DNA from: Eledone cirrhosa
Lineage: Eukaryota
Direction of reading: 5' to 3'
NCBI GenBank assembly: GCA_964016885.1
Contig: CAXHJY010000050.1
Coordinates: forward strand, 62,001-126,000
Length of the DNA stretch: 64,000 nucleotides
Part shown: positions 46,226 through 62,800 of the stretch, in pieces
How the letters are laid out: each line of letters starts with the position of its first letter
Numbering within the stretch: the stretch's first letter is position 1
Notes under the pieces: model-generated
Told to the model about the DNA's origin: nothing
What the model saw: only the letters and a program-made list of their open reading frames with translations
Databases searched by the model: none
Program-made: the position numbers and the translations under genes

Positions 46226-48692
46226 TATTTGCCTGTAGAGCCTATCCTGCTTCAGAGTTGTCCTCTCGAACCACTAACAAGCTAGGGATTTCTGAAAGTT
46301 GCCTCCAGACCCTAGAGAGAAAGTCCTTCAGAATAATCTTCTATTCGGCATCTCCACATTCCTCTCTTCAAATGGAAAATTTAGAAATAACAATAATGTG
46401 GCGTGTTTTCTTTCTAAAAAATGTGATTTGAAAGAGGCTCTGTAATTGTATGTTACGGTGAACAATTTCAACTAATCAATGGACGTTTTATTCCGGATTA
46501 ACATGTGATCAGTAGGATGTCTTATGGAGGCGGTGAGACGTGCAATACAGAAGATATGATAAATTCTCCTAGAAATGTTTCACAAAACAAAAAAGAACAT
46601 CGTAGAAGTGTGCAGCAGTTAAATGTTTATTGAATTGTATCATTGAAATATTAGCAGATGTTGAACACGTCAAGACAAGTGGAACTCTTGAAATCAATTG
46701 AAAAGAAAGTAAAAGAAAAAAAAAACAAAAAAAAACGCAAAAGACAAACAAAAGCAAAAGCAGAACAGAAAATAAACAACCAAAAAAACTATTGAACTGA
46801 TGTTGAAAAACAGAAAGAGAAATAAAAGCAATGTTATGAAGTCTAAATCAATCAAAGATTGGTTCTACTTGGTGCCAACCTAAGAACCAGTCTTTTGCCA
46901 AATGTAATGTAATTTTTCAATTTACCATTTTTATTATTTAATTAATCTTCTTTATTTTTCTCCTCAATTAGTTAACGTAATATTTCCTCATTATCAGTAA
47001 TAATGGAGAAGTAAATCCCATGTCCATCTCATCAACGATTTCTCAATGACATTTCTATTTTTTTCATAATTTGGTTGGTTGGTTGGTTTGTGCACTGGCT
47101 GAGACAATTGAAACCTCTCGCAGTATCTTCTTTGTGGTCTTAACTAAGAACTAAATTAGATTTTCCACACTAATGACTAATTCCTGATCTTTATTTGATA
47201 TGGAAACATTTAATTAATGTTCTGGCTTGGAATGTCACATGAAAGCTAGAGAATCGGCTTTCTGTAGCACGATATAGATAATAAAACTGAAGCCGCTTAT
47301 TGCGATCAATTTCAGAAGATGCCGTTCCATAACGATAACCAATTAACACTTCGTCTTACAAAAGGAGTTTACGAAGTTCTAATATTCTAAAAATAACTGT
47401 CATTAAATAAGTTTATTTTGATAATAATTGTTTCTAACATAAGCAAAAGAAGAGTGACCGAGGAGATGGAGAAGTGGATTAAATACAATATAGTATTTTA
47501 CTGGTACTTTATTTTATTAAATCCCAACAGTTGAAAAGCGAATTTGTCCTAGGTGTAATATAAGCTCAGAATATATAAACCGCAACAAATAGTACTAAGC
47601 ATTTGGTCAACGCCCTAACGCCTCTGCTAATCCATAGCTCGTAACTTTAACTTATACTTTAGAGCAAAAGGCCAGTCATTTTGAGGGGAAAGGAAAATTG
47701 AGTAAATAGACCCTAGTACCTAACTGGTATCGTATTTTATCGATCACAAAATGATGAAAGGCAAATTGACCTTGGGTGTGATTGAATTCAGAACGTAAAG
47801 AACTTGTTAGTGTATCGGAAAAATACTCAAGTAATAAAGTTACGGAACATAAATACAGACACAAACGTACACACTCACACACACATTTTTATATAAGACT
47901 GGCTTTTGCAGTTTCCGTCTACCAAATTCCACTCACAAAACACTGGTCAACCCCGGGCTGTAGTAGAAGACACTTGTCCAAGGTGTCATGCAGCAGGACT
48001 AAACTCAGAACCAACCATGTCTACACCTATATATATATATATATTTATAAATAATTATTTTTGGTAGTTTCTTTATAGTTTAGTTATTATAACAACTAAG
48101 TGCCGACATGTCTGTGGAATACCCAATACTCAGCCACGTTCACGTTAATTTCACGAACAGACTTTTCCATTGATCACAACAACAGGTACACTCATCGTCA
48201 AAAGTGACGAAGGCACATTCTGATTCCTAACGAGATTAGAAATTCATGAAATCTGTTTATATTGTTATGAATTTCTTGAAAGTTATCGTAGTAGTTGCAG
48301 TTGTTAGTGTTATCGTGTTTATCGAAGCCACACAAGCTTGTCCTTCTATTACAAGAATTTGGCAGAGATAAAATTACTGTTGATAGATGACAACTATTAA
48401 TGGCTTTAATTCTAGTCGTTTAGATAATTAGTTGACAGTAGAACATGAGCAATATTGATTACAGAAGATTTGTTAGCAAAAAAAGGTAAAAACTCACAGA
48501 GCATACACACACACATATATATGTTTATATATATGTATATGAATATATTTGTATATGTATATATATATATTTGTATATGTATATATTTGTATATGTATAT
48601 ATATATATATATGTATATATGTATATATATACATACACATGCATATATATATATATATAGTTAAAAGAATAGAGGTGTAACACACAAGTTAT

Positions 48693-49097
48693 TATATATT
48701 GGTAAACGGAATAGAAAATGCTGACAAATTGTTCACAGTTGAAAAATGGTTTAATTAGGAATAAAAGAGTATTAGTGATTGTATGGGTTAGTATTCAGTT
48801 GTGGTTTTAAGTTTTTAAGTTTTTACCGGTTGCGCATTTCTAAATGCTTTTCAAAAATAATTTTGAGATAGAGTGTCCGTGCTGTTTGCTCTGATCTGAG
48901 CAAACAGCACGGACACTCTATCTCAAAATTATTTTTGAAAAGCATTTAGAAATGCGCAACCGGTAAAAACTTAAAAACTTAAAACCACAACTGAATACTA
49001 AACCCATACAATCACTAATACTCTTTTATTCCTAATTAAACCATTTTTCAACTGTGAACAATTTGTCAGCATTTTCTATTCCGTTTACCAATATATA
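48693..49097. repeat. Near-perfect ~200-bp-arm palindrome centred at ~48894
   Basis: Arms read directly; each carries a UUGAAAA..GCAA-CCGG-UA HHR-like fold. Confidence 0.92.
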
Positions 49098-49137
49098 TAG
49101 ATGTGAGAAAAAACAAAGACGCTCCATCTCAATTCTA

Positions 49138-49174
49138 CTTTTGAAAAGCAGAAGAACTGCGAAACCGGTAAAGG
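49138..49174 (+). ncRNA. Minimal Type I hammerhead, U3-A8 variant
   Basis: CUU-UUGAAAA-GCAG AAGAA CUGC-GAAA-CCGG-UA^AAG. Confidence 0.68.
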
Positions 49175-49254
49175 AACCAAATAAATACATATTTAAAAAA
49201 AAAAAGACTCCAGTTGCATTTTCGATTTCATCTTTTTTCCTTATATATATATAA

Positions 49255-50189
<935 letters not shown>

Positions 50190-50320
50190 ATTCTGGTAAT
50201 ATTATTACAACAATATGACCCTCCCCAAGTATAACAATATATATATATATACAAATATATATACATACATATATATATATACATACATATATATATATAC
50301 ATACATATGTATATATATAC

Positions 50321-50364
<44 letters not shown>

Positions 50365-50369
50365 ATAAT

Positions 50370-50568
50370 AATAAAATTGAAGACTAAAATCCAGAGAGGG
50401 CTCGTCACCATGAACCAAAGTATCGTCTTCCTGTCTTCCTCCGGTTGCAACGTTTTTTGAAATATCCAGTTCTGCGTTTACAGATTGACTTTGTTAGTTT
50501 CAGAAGATCCCGTTAAGGGTGAAAGCAGCGATTCTTTGCTTAAACTTTAATCTGTTATTTTAATAAAT
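50370..50568 (+). mobile_element. CAGAAGA-hammerhead family copy with short inverted 5' end
   Basis: 50407-50568 matches 5738-5898; 50370-50404 is the inverted terminus. Confidence 0.82.
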
Positions 50569-50583
50569 AATAAATATATATAT

Positions 50584-50662
<79 letters not shown>

Positions 50663-51171
50663 TATACATGCATAAATGTGCATGCACAGATATGTACATA
50701 CATAAACACACATATGCACACACATGCATACTCTCACGCATGCACCCTCTCACACACATAATTGCATATAAATACATATACATCCATAATCAGACATACA
50801 TACAAACACATACATACATATACACATAAGAATTTCAACAACCTTAACAATATTATGAGCGTTGTAGTAACTAATTTCACAGGTTGTGTAAATTCACAGG
50901 AGTAAAAAAGAAAATTATTTGACAGTGTCATTTTTCTTCCTTCATTTTCTCAAGAGAAATAAAAACATTTCAGTAAATAAGTTTATAAATGTTTATTTTT
51001 TCTCTCTAGATGTAGAATATCAAACATTTATCAGGAATCTCTCGCTACATTTATATATCTAGTCTCTATTTGACATTTTCATATTAAACATAAAAGATCC
51101 AGCTTTATTATTTTTTTCGTGCTGTATTTAACACTGATTCAGTAACTCTATTTTGTATGAAACTGTAGTCA

Positions 51172-51520
51172 CATCATGGCCGAATGGTAAAGATGTTTGT
51201 TTGGCAATCACTAGGTTTCGGGTTCGATTCCAATGTGATGCATTTTAGGTAAATATCATTTTTCCTAACATCGAGTTGACCTATGGCTTGCAAGTGAAAT
51301 TGGGCAGATAGAAACTATTTAGAAACAGGTTGGATGGAGTGTATCTGTAATTCATAGGATCACCAATGTTACATACTGCGTCACACTGAATCTCCCTGTG
51401 AATTACATTAAGAATACACGTGTCTGTGGAATGCTCAGTCATTTTCATGTTAATTTCATGAACAGGCTTTTCAATAGATTAAATAACTGGAACAGTCATC
51501 GTCGAAACCAATGGAGATCC
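51172..51520 (+). mobile_element. Diverged tRNA-derived SINE
   Basis: TGGCCGAATGG A box, GGTTCGATTCC B box; related minus-strand pieces near 47890-48210. Confidence 0.6.
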
Positions 51521-51778
51521 ATTTCACGTGATGTGTGCGTGTATAAGTTGTGTGTAGTTAAAAGTAATTTGACTGTTATTTATAGCACGTTGTGTCTCAC
51601 GAGATCTTATAGAATATCTACAATAAAAAACATTTATCTTCTCTGCCAAAACAAGGCAGAAATAACACACACACACAAACACACACAAGCATTCACACGC
51701 TATAACACTCCCTGTCATACACAGACACACACACACACAGACACACACACACACACACACACTCTATAACACTCCCTG

Positions 51779-51816
<38 letters not shown>

Positions 51817-51831
51817 CTCTCTTACTGAAAT

Positions 51832-52160
51832 AATTGTTTCTACTATTGGCACAAGGCCAGCAATATCCAGTACATTACTGGTACTTTATCTTATCGACCC
51901 CGTAAGGATGAAAGGCAAAGTTAACTTCGGAGGGATTTGAACTCAGAATGGCAAGGGCCGTAACTCTATGCGTCAAAGCATGGCGTCCGACCCTCTACCG
52001 ATACTGCCAATACTGAAATAATTGTTTCTGATTCAGGCACAAGGCCAACAATTTGGAGGAGGGGAAAGTCAATTAAATCCACCCCAGTACATCATTGTTA
52101 CTTTATTTTATCGACCCCGTAAGGATGAAAGCAAAGTTAACCTGGGCGGGATTTAAATTC
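51832..52160 (-). mobile_element. Two adjacent Meta-core-like SINE copies (51832-52012, 52020-52160 partial)
   Basis: Family match. Confidence 0.8.
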
Positions 52161-52175
52161 TTTAGGATCTCTTCT

Positions 52176-54238
52176 TCACTAAAAGACATACCTTTACCTA
52201 AGAATAAGGACTTTCTAAAACAACTCATCGAAAAATAGGACTCGTTTATAAGAAGACTTAGATGGCGTGCTTTTCATTTCGATAAAAAATCTGATACGAA
52301 AGAAAATATTTCCAATCTTGATGGACTCTTCAAATCCAAAAAGAATCCACCTTCCAACAAACTATTAATGGAATTTGAAAATTAGATTATTTCTATCATA
52401 CAAAACATTAAATTTAAGAAAACCAGTTTGTAGGCCAGGATTACCTCAAATGTCTCAAAAATAATATAGAAAACTTTGAAAAAACGGAAAAAATTCTTGT
52501 TAAATCAGATAAATCAACAATCTTTACGGAATGCAAAAGGATAATTAAAATAATCTTATATTGAAGGAATTAAGGAAAAATTACAAAAGAGCAACCAATG
52601 ACGACCTTGAAAGACTAAATACTGAAGCTTCTTATATAATGCAAGAATTAGGCATCGAAAATAGGACTTCATACCTAGGAAACCAAAAATTAATTTAAGG
52701 ACCATAAAAGAAATTTTGAAATTGAATTACCAGTTAGACTGATTGCACCATCTAAATTGGGCCTTGGCATACTTAGCAAGAATATTTTAGATAGAATCAT
52801 ACCACAACTTAAGGAAATATCTTATTTAAAATTATGGAAATAATGAAGTTATTGACTGGTTTAAGGACATTAAATATAAACATAACAATAAATTCATTCA
52901 ATTGGATATTGCTAATTATTACTCATCTATCACTCCTAATTTACTTAATAAAGCCCTTACATATGCATTTAAATATACTGATTTAACTAACAATGAAATG
53001 CACATTATCTTTACTGCACGTAAAACATTAATTAAATTTAGCAACCACCTTTGCAGATAGGGATAACAATTTCGATATCACTATGGGGTCATTGGACTCG
53101 GCGCAATTAACGGATCTTGTGGGTTTTTTTTATTAACAATACTTTACATAGGAAAATACCAGAGATGACCGGTGGTTTATATCGTTACGATATGCTATTG
53201 CTTATTGAAAATAATAATAATTGTGAAATAAATAGAAAAAGAAAAGAAATTATACAATTTTTTAATAGCGTTAATCTTAAAGTAGAAGTAGAGAATAATT
53301 ATAAAATAGTTAATTTTTTAGATGTAACTTTAAACCTTAATACTGGTCTTTATTATCCATTTCATAAAATCAATGAGAATTTAAACTATGTTAACTTTAA
53401 TTCCAATCACCCAGATCCGTTAAAAACACTATTGTAAATTCTGTGCAGCAACGTATTTCTAGAATTTCAGCGAATAAAAATATATTTGAAGATAGGGCAC
53501 AATATTATAACGAAGCGTTAAGTAGAGCAGGCTATAGTAATGAAATTAAATATATTGATAATAAGGATGTGCCAATTAACCATAACTATAAATATAATTA
53601 TAATAGGAAACCTTGCACTAACTCGAAAATCAAAAGAAGAAATAGAACTAGAAATATATTATGGTTCGCTCCCACTTTCTCATTAAGTATTAAAACACCA
53701 ATAGCTAAATTATTTTTTAAAGCTCTAGATAAGTGCTTTCCTAAGACACACAGATATTACTCAATAGACATACTATTAAACTCTCATATTCCACCACTAT
53801 GAATTTAGCGCAGAATATTAATAGAATTAATAATAGAAACTTAAAACCTAACCAGAATAGCATTAATACCTCTAGCAATATCCAATATAATGTTACGGCT
53901 CCCAATGATATAAATTCAAATAAATATAATTGTACAAATATAACTAACTGTTCTCTAAATAATAACTGTTTAGTTAAAAATATAGTATACAAGTGTAATG
54001 TCAAAACCAATGAAAATTCCTTTATCTATGTCGGCTCTACTTCCACAGACCTCAAATCTCGTTTCAATAACCATAAATGTTCCTTTACGAATATTGGTAA
54101 AAAATCTTCAACTTCTCTATCCAAAACTTGCTCCCTTTGCGTTGAAGAAATATTCTTTATACTAAAAAGTAAGAACTCTATTAATTTGCGAAATAATTTA
54201 TTTAGTTCTTGTAAACATCGTTTAAACTCAACTTTTAG

Positions 54239-54240
<2 letters not shown>
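52176..54240 (+). pseudogene. Decayed full-length Naiad-type PLE ORF (many stops and frameshifts)
   Basis: SLKDIPLP..DSFIRRLRW, LPVRLIAPSKL, FDITMG, GGLYRYD, VNFLDVTLNL, IVY..YVG, CSLC..CKH. Confidence 0.88.
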
Positions 54241-54270
<30 letters not shown>

Positions 54271-55782
54271 ATATATGGTTAATCTCCTTTACATAATGTT
54301 TTCTATATCCAACCACCTACAACCTCATCCTTCAGATTATATCTATATATGATTTATATATATTTAATTTACTTTCTATTATCTCTACCTCATAAATATA
54401 CTTTATATTTATAACCTTTTTTTTATATGACTACTTGAAATTCTTTTAAGGAAAATTTTCCTTGAAAAACTTTATGAAGGTTTTAGAAAATTCTTTGAAA
54501 GATATAGAAAAACCATTATTTTCATATCTTCCAATATTTTATATCTTCAAACATTTTTAATATATGTATCCAAATATTTATATATATGTGGAATAACATA
54601 TGGTTTTTATATATAGGTTTTTATATATATATGTGGAATAACCTATGGTTTATGTTTTAACTATATTCTTAAGATACATTTTTTAAAACTTTAAAACAAG
54701 TATGACTTCTTATAAAATAACCTATGGTTTATGTTTTAATTATATTCTTAAGATAAATTTATGACTTCTTATAAAATAACATGGTTTATGTTTTAATTAT
54801 ATTCTTAAGATAACATTTTAAAACTTTATAACCTCTATGACTTCTCATAAAAATAATAAAAAAATCTTTAAAAAAAAAATCTTTTCGAAAAGTTTTTTTA
54901 TGTATCCTTGGAGTCATTTGAGTTCTTAAAAAATCACTTCTAACTTCCTTATACTTCCTTACTGTTTTTATAATATAATTAAGTAGTTATTCCTTTGTAA
55001 ACTCTCGTAAACTTTCATAAATTTAGAATTATTTGGATGTTTAAGTTTTGACTTAAACTATTAATAAATATAATTTTGCCAAACTTACTTTAATCAAATA
55101 AACTATACTAGATTTTCTCTAATGTAAAATACTATACATTTAAATAATTTATAATCCATAACATACACATCTAAACCAATATATTATTACTAATACATCT
55201 TAATATAATATAAATACTTCTGTTTTAATTTTAATTTTTAATTTTTTAAATTTTTAATATTAATATTAAATTAAATCTCTAATATTAAAGGTAAATTTTA
55301 ATCTTTAATTTTGATTTTTAATTTTTAATTTTAATATAATTTTTCAACCTATCATTATAAATATTATAATCACAACGTAATGAACTCTACATTCTAAATA
55401 TTATTCTTCCACGTTAATCTTATTTCTTCTTTCACTTCTTCTTTCACTTAGATATATTTACGCTATGTATATTTTTCCATTAAAACTTATTTCTTCATTC
55501 ACTCTGTCTATCTCCACTATCACTATGCATAATCGTTCTTTCTTTCCTCTTCTCTCTTTCTCCTTCCATTTCTTTTTTTTCTCTCCCTTACATATCATCT
55601 TCTTCCAACAGTTTAATTTAAATAAACCGTTATCTTTTCAACTTTTCGGACACTCATTTGCATACTCACTCATAACTTTGTATTACTCTCAATAAAATAT
55701 TATCTCCACTATCCAGGAAGCTCCAACCGTTAAGGTTGTCTTTTTTCCGGGTATGTCAATATTTATTTATAAAAAAAATCTG

Positions 55783-55848
55783 TATTTTATCTGATGAAAG
55801 CGCACCATAATTTGCCTTGGTTGCCCTTCAAATATATATAATAAAATA
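55783..55848 (+). ncRNA. Degenerate hammerhead (G12C) downstream of the 52-kb PLE
   Basis: UAUUUUAU-CUGAUGA-AAG..CUU-CAAA-UAUAUA-UA^AUAAAAUA; same helix I as 18511. Confidence 0.6.
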
Positions 55849-55893
55849 AATATGGTTTTATAAATATAGTTTCCATTTATTAATATATTGTAT

Positions 55894-55935
<42 letters not shown>

Positions 55936-56194
55936 TAATTTAATATATCTACTAACATAAGAGCACAGATGTACGCCAATGCCAGCAAATACACAGGTTA
56001 TGTCATAGTACCTAGGTGGTTCGATGCAGGAGAATGCAGAACAATAATATAAAAGACGTAAAATAAGAAAATTTTTTAAAATTTTTTTAAATTTAAGTAA
56101 GTAAGTTAATTTTTTTAAAAAAATTTTTAAAAAAATTTTCCTATTTTACGTCTTTTATATATATATATATATATAACAAAGAAAGTGTGGTAAG

Positions 56195-56268
<74 letters not shown>

Positions 56269-57039
56269 TACATGGTTAGATATTAAACATTTCTAAATAT
56301 AAGATATGTTAACACTACCTCCAAATAGTTGAATATTTAGTTTTTCATGCTCAATACAAAAATCCTATTATCTTATTCAAAATTGAACAGAAATAATCAC
56401 CTTGTCGTATTTTTATCAATACAGACACGATAAGACCTTTGTATAGAACTAAATATATATGTGACTCCTATCTTCCTACATAAATACGTTTTAAACAAAA
56501 GGATATCTCATTTGAAAGGATTTTCGAACACGCATATGATGTAGTGTAATCGCCGAAATAATGTAGTTATTGCAAAATAAAGCCAAGTATATATTTAAAT
56601 AATGATTAAAATAAAAATATAAAATAACGGATTTTAATGAAACACAATCTAAAATAAAGTTTATATATAAAATATATTATGGATAATTCACTCTATATTA
56701 CAAAATATTTAAGTATTCACCAAAATATTATCTTTCAATCGCCAGACAAAAATTTCATACATGACACGTTGTAGGGCTTTCATCTAATTTAAATTGAAAT
56801 CAGATAAGATTTGTAAGAGGCAAATATTTTATATCTTGGAATGAAGAAATTTAATCAAATATACTTCTTCATTCCGTGAGATGTTATTTGTAAGAACTTT
56901 AACTAAATATAGTTCTTCATTCCTAGATCTAGAATGTTTGCCCCATTAGTTGTTCAAGTAATTGTATAATTAGATGGAATGCAATGATTATTCTAAGTGG
57001 GATGAAATATCAGGGTAGATAAAGGAGCCAATCCCCAGA

Positions 57040-57480
57040 AACTTTCCCAGAAAATTATTAGTAAGAGGAAAGAACTTGGCCTTAAATTTTTGGAGCGCCC
57101 AGAAACTAATTAAATTCCAACTTTAATCCACAATTTATTTTGATTGAACTTACCGTGCCATTTAAAAGTAGATTAGAAGAAGCACACGCATTCAAGATCG
57201 AAAAATACGCCAGTTTGTCCAACAGTCTGAGGGAAGCCGACTTCTGAGTCAAAGTTATCGCTATAGAGGTTGGAGCCTGAGGCTTTGTGGGCAAATCTTC
57301 CTACAATTTAATGAAACAACTTTCAGTTTCTGGGAAGACAAGGACCAAAGCTCTAAAGGCAATATCAAAGGCATCAGGGAAGAGTTCCAGCTGGATCTGG
57401 TCGAGGAGGAACAACAATGACCCCCATACAACCTGGGAAGCATCGTGTCTGTATTTTAATGCACGCCATTTTTAACTATG
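57040..57480 (+). pseudogene. Hero/NeSL-like RLE non-LTR 3' fragment
   Basis: ILIELTVP..EEAH..KIEKY..IEVGA*GFVGKS..AISKAS..SSSWIWSRR. Confidence 0.72.
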
Positions 57481-57921
57481 AGTCAGTTTTGTAATGTTGG
57501 TGACAGTTTTGTTGAGGTCTAAACGCTCCCATGATTACCATCGTTATTTTTCTAATTCAAGAAACCCTTTAAATATAAGTTTGAAAGCAGAGGCAACAGA
57601 AAGAAGTTCCAGCTAGATAATGTCAACAAAATCTCTATGCAGTTTAAATACATAGGAAGTCTCTTATTTCCGAGTGACTAAATGTCGACAGAAGGGCACA
57701 CAGGAGTTCTGACCTGGTTGCGACCTGGCTCCCTTAAAGTATAAGAAGTTAAGGGCCGAAAAAATCGCTTGAGCGGGGTTTCTTCCCTGAAGAACTTCTG
57801 CCATCCAGTTCTCCTAAGCGTTTTTAATCACTATTGATGTATTTTCTCTCTAAAGTCTTTCCTCAGCATATATCTACCTTCTTCCCTGGCTCAATTATCT
57901 ACATGCATCCATGCATGTATG

Positions 57922-57988
<67 letters not shown>

Positions 57989-58971
57989 TTAACTATCTAC
58001 ACAGGTAAAAACTAAACCAAGCCCCCTCTAGGTCTAAAGAGACGGAGAGAAGTGGAGAGAGAGAATGATAGAGATATAGTGAGGAAGACATATAGAGAAA
58101 AAATCGACCCCACCATTTGTCTGGTACTTTATTTAACGATCTCAACAGGATAAGAAGCAAAGTAAACCTCCCTGGGATTTGAACTTAGAAAGTAGAAGGC
58201 CGGAACGAATAACGAAAAAGCATTATATCCGACGCCTTAACGACACTGCCAAATCACCGCCTTGCTTATATAGGCACCATTGTTTAAAAAAGAAATAGGC
58301 TGTAAGTTAAAGAGAGTGAGGACTACTGGATAATTACAATTGTTCAGTCATGCTGCAGAGTTGAGATCAATCCTTCCCGTGAGCAATGTTATGATAACTT
58401 CTCACAACTCGCAATCAATAATTAAGTTCCGTCAGTTCCGAGCTAAAACAAAATCGATATAAATGAATGTTAACAAGCTTAGGAAAAGTGTATATAAGTT
58501 CATATATAATGCTTTGAGCTAATAACATTGATATTTAACACATGATGAAATCACAGGTGTCAGCAGCATTGAAATAATAACAATCCTAGCAATTTAGCGA
58601 GTTGAATAATAATGAAGATTGCTTATTTCAAAGTAATCGTCGATAATAATTTAACTTACACACTGTTAAAATACATACATATTTTCAAATTGGATGTTGC
58701 TAATCATATGAAAATATAATCTATTGATGCACATCTAATGTTTTTCCTAAAAACAAAGTTAATTTACCAAGTCATAAATTTTATTTGTAATTCACGTAAA
58801 GAATCTCTTTCTGCCTTAATAGATTTTATACGTAAAATAATTTCTAAACAAATGGCAGACATTAGCCATGTGTGGGAATGATAGTTTCTGCTTGAATGCC
58901 ACACAGTAAAAGAATTAATAACAGATATTTACAGTGGAGATCATCATGATAATAGTAAAAATATTTTATCG

Positions 58972-59472
58972 CTAGAGCGTCGGATACCATGCTTTGTGGC
59001 ATAGAGTTTCGGCCGTTTAAGTTCGAATCCCGCCGAGGTTAGCTTTGCCTTTCATCCTTACACCAGTAATGCATTGTGTCGATTTAATCGACTTTCTCAT
59101 CTCCTCAAATTGCTGGCCTTGTGCCTATAGTATAACTCAGAGGGTCGGACGCAATGCTTTCTAGCATAGTTACGTCCCTTTATGATTTGAGTTCAAATCC
59201 CGCCGAGGTTAACTTTGCCTTTCATCTTTACGGGGTCGATAAAATAAAGTGCCAGTAATGTACTGAAATAATTGCTGGCCTTGTGTCAAAAGTAGAACAA
59301 TTATTATTATTAGCCATCAGTGAAGACGTGTTATTGGGAACTCCACAACGAAGTGCATTTTCAAGACGCTTCGTTTGTATTAATTGTTATAATTGTTTCT
59401 ACTTTTGCCACAAGGCCAGCTATTACCACAGTGTATTACTGGTACTTTATTTTATCGACCCCGTAAGGATGA
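58972..59472. mobile_element. Cluster of Meta-core-like SINE copies (58972-59130 +, 59137-59310 +, 59389-59472 -); diverged copy also at ~58080-58262 (-)
   Basis: Family match. Confidence 0.8.
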
Positions 59473-59766
59473 ATTGTTATAATGTTTTTAAAAAAGGGTT
59501 GTAAGAGTTTCGTTTTTACCCTGTGAAGAGGCGACTTTAAAATATTTGCGCCTTTTGGCCCAAATATTTGGACGATTGAACTACTTTATATTTTATTTTC
59601 TGTGACCGGCTCAGCTACTTAAACATTAATTTCATGGGCAGGCTGTTCTGTTTATGAACAACCAGGACACTAATCTTCGAAACTGACATTGGTCCATCGA
59701 TTTGAATTGATTTTAAATCGTACCGAAACCACAATTTCTCATTTAGATCGTATTTGATATGAATGG

Positions 59767-59858
<92 letters not shown>
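59767..59858. repeat. (CTAT)n microsatellite directly upstream of the LINE
   Basis: Direct reading. Confidence 0.97.
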
Positions 59859-59859
<1 letters not shown>

Positions 59860-59860
<1 letters not shown>

Positions 59861-62800
59861 CGTGGTTGATAGACGGGCATTACTTCGCTCCGGATTTTTT
59901 ACGGATTATTGTTAAAAAAACTGTGAGTTCCTTGTTCAATTTGTTAGTATTGTTTAGTTTAACCCCTTGTCTTGGCCTTCAGACGTTGAGTTAACTAATT
60001 TTCGCCGCTTTTGTGGGCGAAATTTTCATCTCAAAAATCTGTGTAGACTTTCAACCTCGCTCACTGTAGTGAGTGCCACGCCCACTAAGAAAAGTGGTGG
60101 AGGGAAGATAGGAGTACAAAGCTTGCAGCCTTCCACCCTCACCTTATCGAAAAAATTGTAAATATTGCAACCACGGAACCAAACCCGGTAAATAATACCA
60201 GCACCAACAACAAGAACAATGACAATAACACCACAACCAACAACTGCAACAATAACAACACCAAGGAAAATATGAACAACATCAACAACAGTGACAACAA
60301 CAACAGCAACAAGAAAGACAACAACACCAAAACAACGTTCGCACAAACTGTAAAAAAACAAAACTATACCCGCCAATTGACATAACTAATGCAAAACAAC
60401 TACTACAAGACGCAAAACAATACGTGACTTTTGGACAAAACGGTGCTTTTAGCATCAATTCTCCGCAGGTATTACGTAGAGAGGCTGTCCTGAAAACCAC
60501 AGTTTTCAGGACAATATCTAACGAAACTAGAAAACCAGTTCAATTATCACAAAATGAAATTGAGCTGGTTCTAAAAGATGCAATTAAGGACATAACCTTC
60601 ATCCAAAGAGGAAAACTGTTTGGTAGCATTTCGGTGTTAATGAAAGACCAGCCAACGGCACAAAAATACGCTGTATCACCCATTGTGTTCCCCCGTTTCA
60701 CCTTTTTTCCCACACACGGGAAAAAGGACACAAAAAATAAAATTTATGAGTATCACACCAAATGTAAATATTTGGTGGATACTATGTGGATTCATTGATT
60801 TTGATGAAGACAGGATAATCTCAGTAGGAAAGTCCTCCAGAGGTGTATTTAGTGGGACTAGCGTAGAAGTTCTGGTGCAAATGATCCCAGAACGAATAGC
60901 TAATATCCCACAACGCGTGCCTCTGGACGGGCTAACCTATATAAACATTTCAGTGGAGGGTAGGCGGCCGTGATGTTACCACTGCTTAAGAAGGGGTCAC
61001 CCGAGGGCTGCCTGTCCTCAATTAACGAGTCAAAAACAAAAAGGCTCTTCTGCCAACCCCGAACACAACAACACAACCACCACCACCACCACCACCACCA
61101 CCACCACCACCACCACCACCACCACCACCACCACAACAACAACAACCACAACAACACGGAAAAATAACAACACAAGACACTGTCCCACCCAACCCCTCCC
61201 CACCTAAAACAAATACAAAAGCAACCACAACAAAACCCCAAAATATACCCCTCCCCAACAACACGGAAGAGGACTCCGTATCAACGTCACCCAGTGAGGA
61301 CGAGGGCGAACCCTTTCAACAGGTGAAAAGGAAAAAAAGACGGCACCACATTAACAAAAATGCAACAAACACACAACCACCAGCACAAACAGAATAAACA
61401 TCACAAACAAAAAAACCCACCCCTCCCGAAAACATAACACGTACTACAAAACGCAAACACGCACAAGAACAACGAACAAAAACAAACACAACTCAACAAA
61501 AACACTATACATACATTAACAAGAACAATAAAACTTTCATGAAAGCAATAGACAATAACCCTTGGGTGGAAACCGAAGGGATCACTTTCACCTACGCACC
61601 TAAAGATGATTAGTGTCCCAATGGATACCTATATAACACTGAAAAAGAACCATCCAATGGATGTGGGGCTCCCTGCACCAAACCACTTAACCGCGTCCTA
61701 TTGAAATGTTTCCCCACCCCCACCTCAGACACACACACCCCACATAACACCCCAACCCCACCACACACTGATGTGCCCCCCCACAAATAAACCCTTCCAA
61801 CACCCCCATGGAAATTGTGCAGCCAGGTCTCCAGGAGACGAAGAGGTAAGAAATTTCCTTTCCTCTTCCTTTTAACTCTTCAGCAACATGGCCAATATAA
61901 GAGTTGGATGTGTAAATGCACGCGGCCTGGGGATGTCCTGGAACCAGGGCAAACTCTTCAATGACCTCAGGTCGCACAGAGTGGATGTAATGGCTATTTG
62001 CGGTCCAGGATCAGCAGCGTGCACCAACTGGCCTCCATCTTCGGCGACTTTGAGATCTACGCATCTCTCTGTCAGCCGGGGGGTGGGAATAGGGTTGTCG
62101 TTCTGCTGCGAAAACATCTGGGTCTTGCCACACAGAAGGTACACCTGGAACCGGAGGGTCGACTGGTGGTTCTAGACGTCGGCAGTAGTGAAGGTGGAGC
62201 CTTCAGGCTGGTGGTAGCGTATCTGGGACACCGCGACCGGATTTCTTCCGACGCCTAGAGACTTTTCTGTGAACGTCTCGCTCCTTGCTTTTAGTGGAGG
62301 ACTGGAATGGTATCCTGGATGCACGTTGGGACTATGTAGAGGTATGTCCCGATAGAGGGTGTGTAACAGCCTCAAACAGTTAATAGGCCAATTTGATCTG
62401 ACCGATAGATATCGCCTAGATTTTCCGACTGTGCCACTGTGGATGTGGACTAATCGTAACGAAACATCTAGGTCGTATCTCGATAGGTTCCTAGTTAGAA
62501 ATAAAGATAGGGACATATTAAGCTGTCCACGAATGTTCATGGTTAAATATTCGGATCACAAGTTGGTAACCGGAGTGGTCAACCTTGATAGAACCCATAG
62601 AGAAGGACCCGGTTACTGGAAGCTAAACTTGTCCTTACCGACAAACAAAGCTTACAGTAAGCGGATTAGCACTCTAGTTAAGCAGCGGTTGACGGGGGAA
62701 ATTGTCAACAGCAGGTTGTGGGGCTTTCTCAAGAGAGAAATTAGAATAGAATCGATAGGTTTTAGTGAGGAATTAGCATCAGATAGGAAGAGAACTGAAA

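Noticed and set aside
60970-61167. Poly-His or poly-Trp/Gly proteins
   Set aside because: Alternative frames of an (ACC)n expansion inside decayed LINE ORF1
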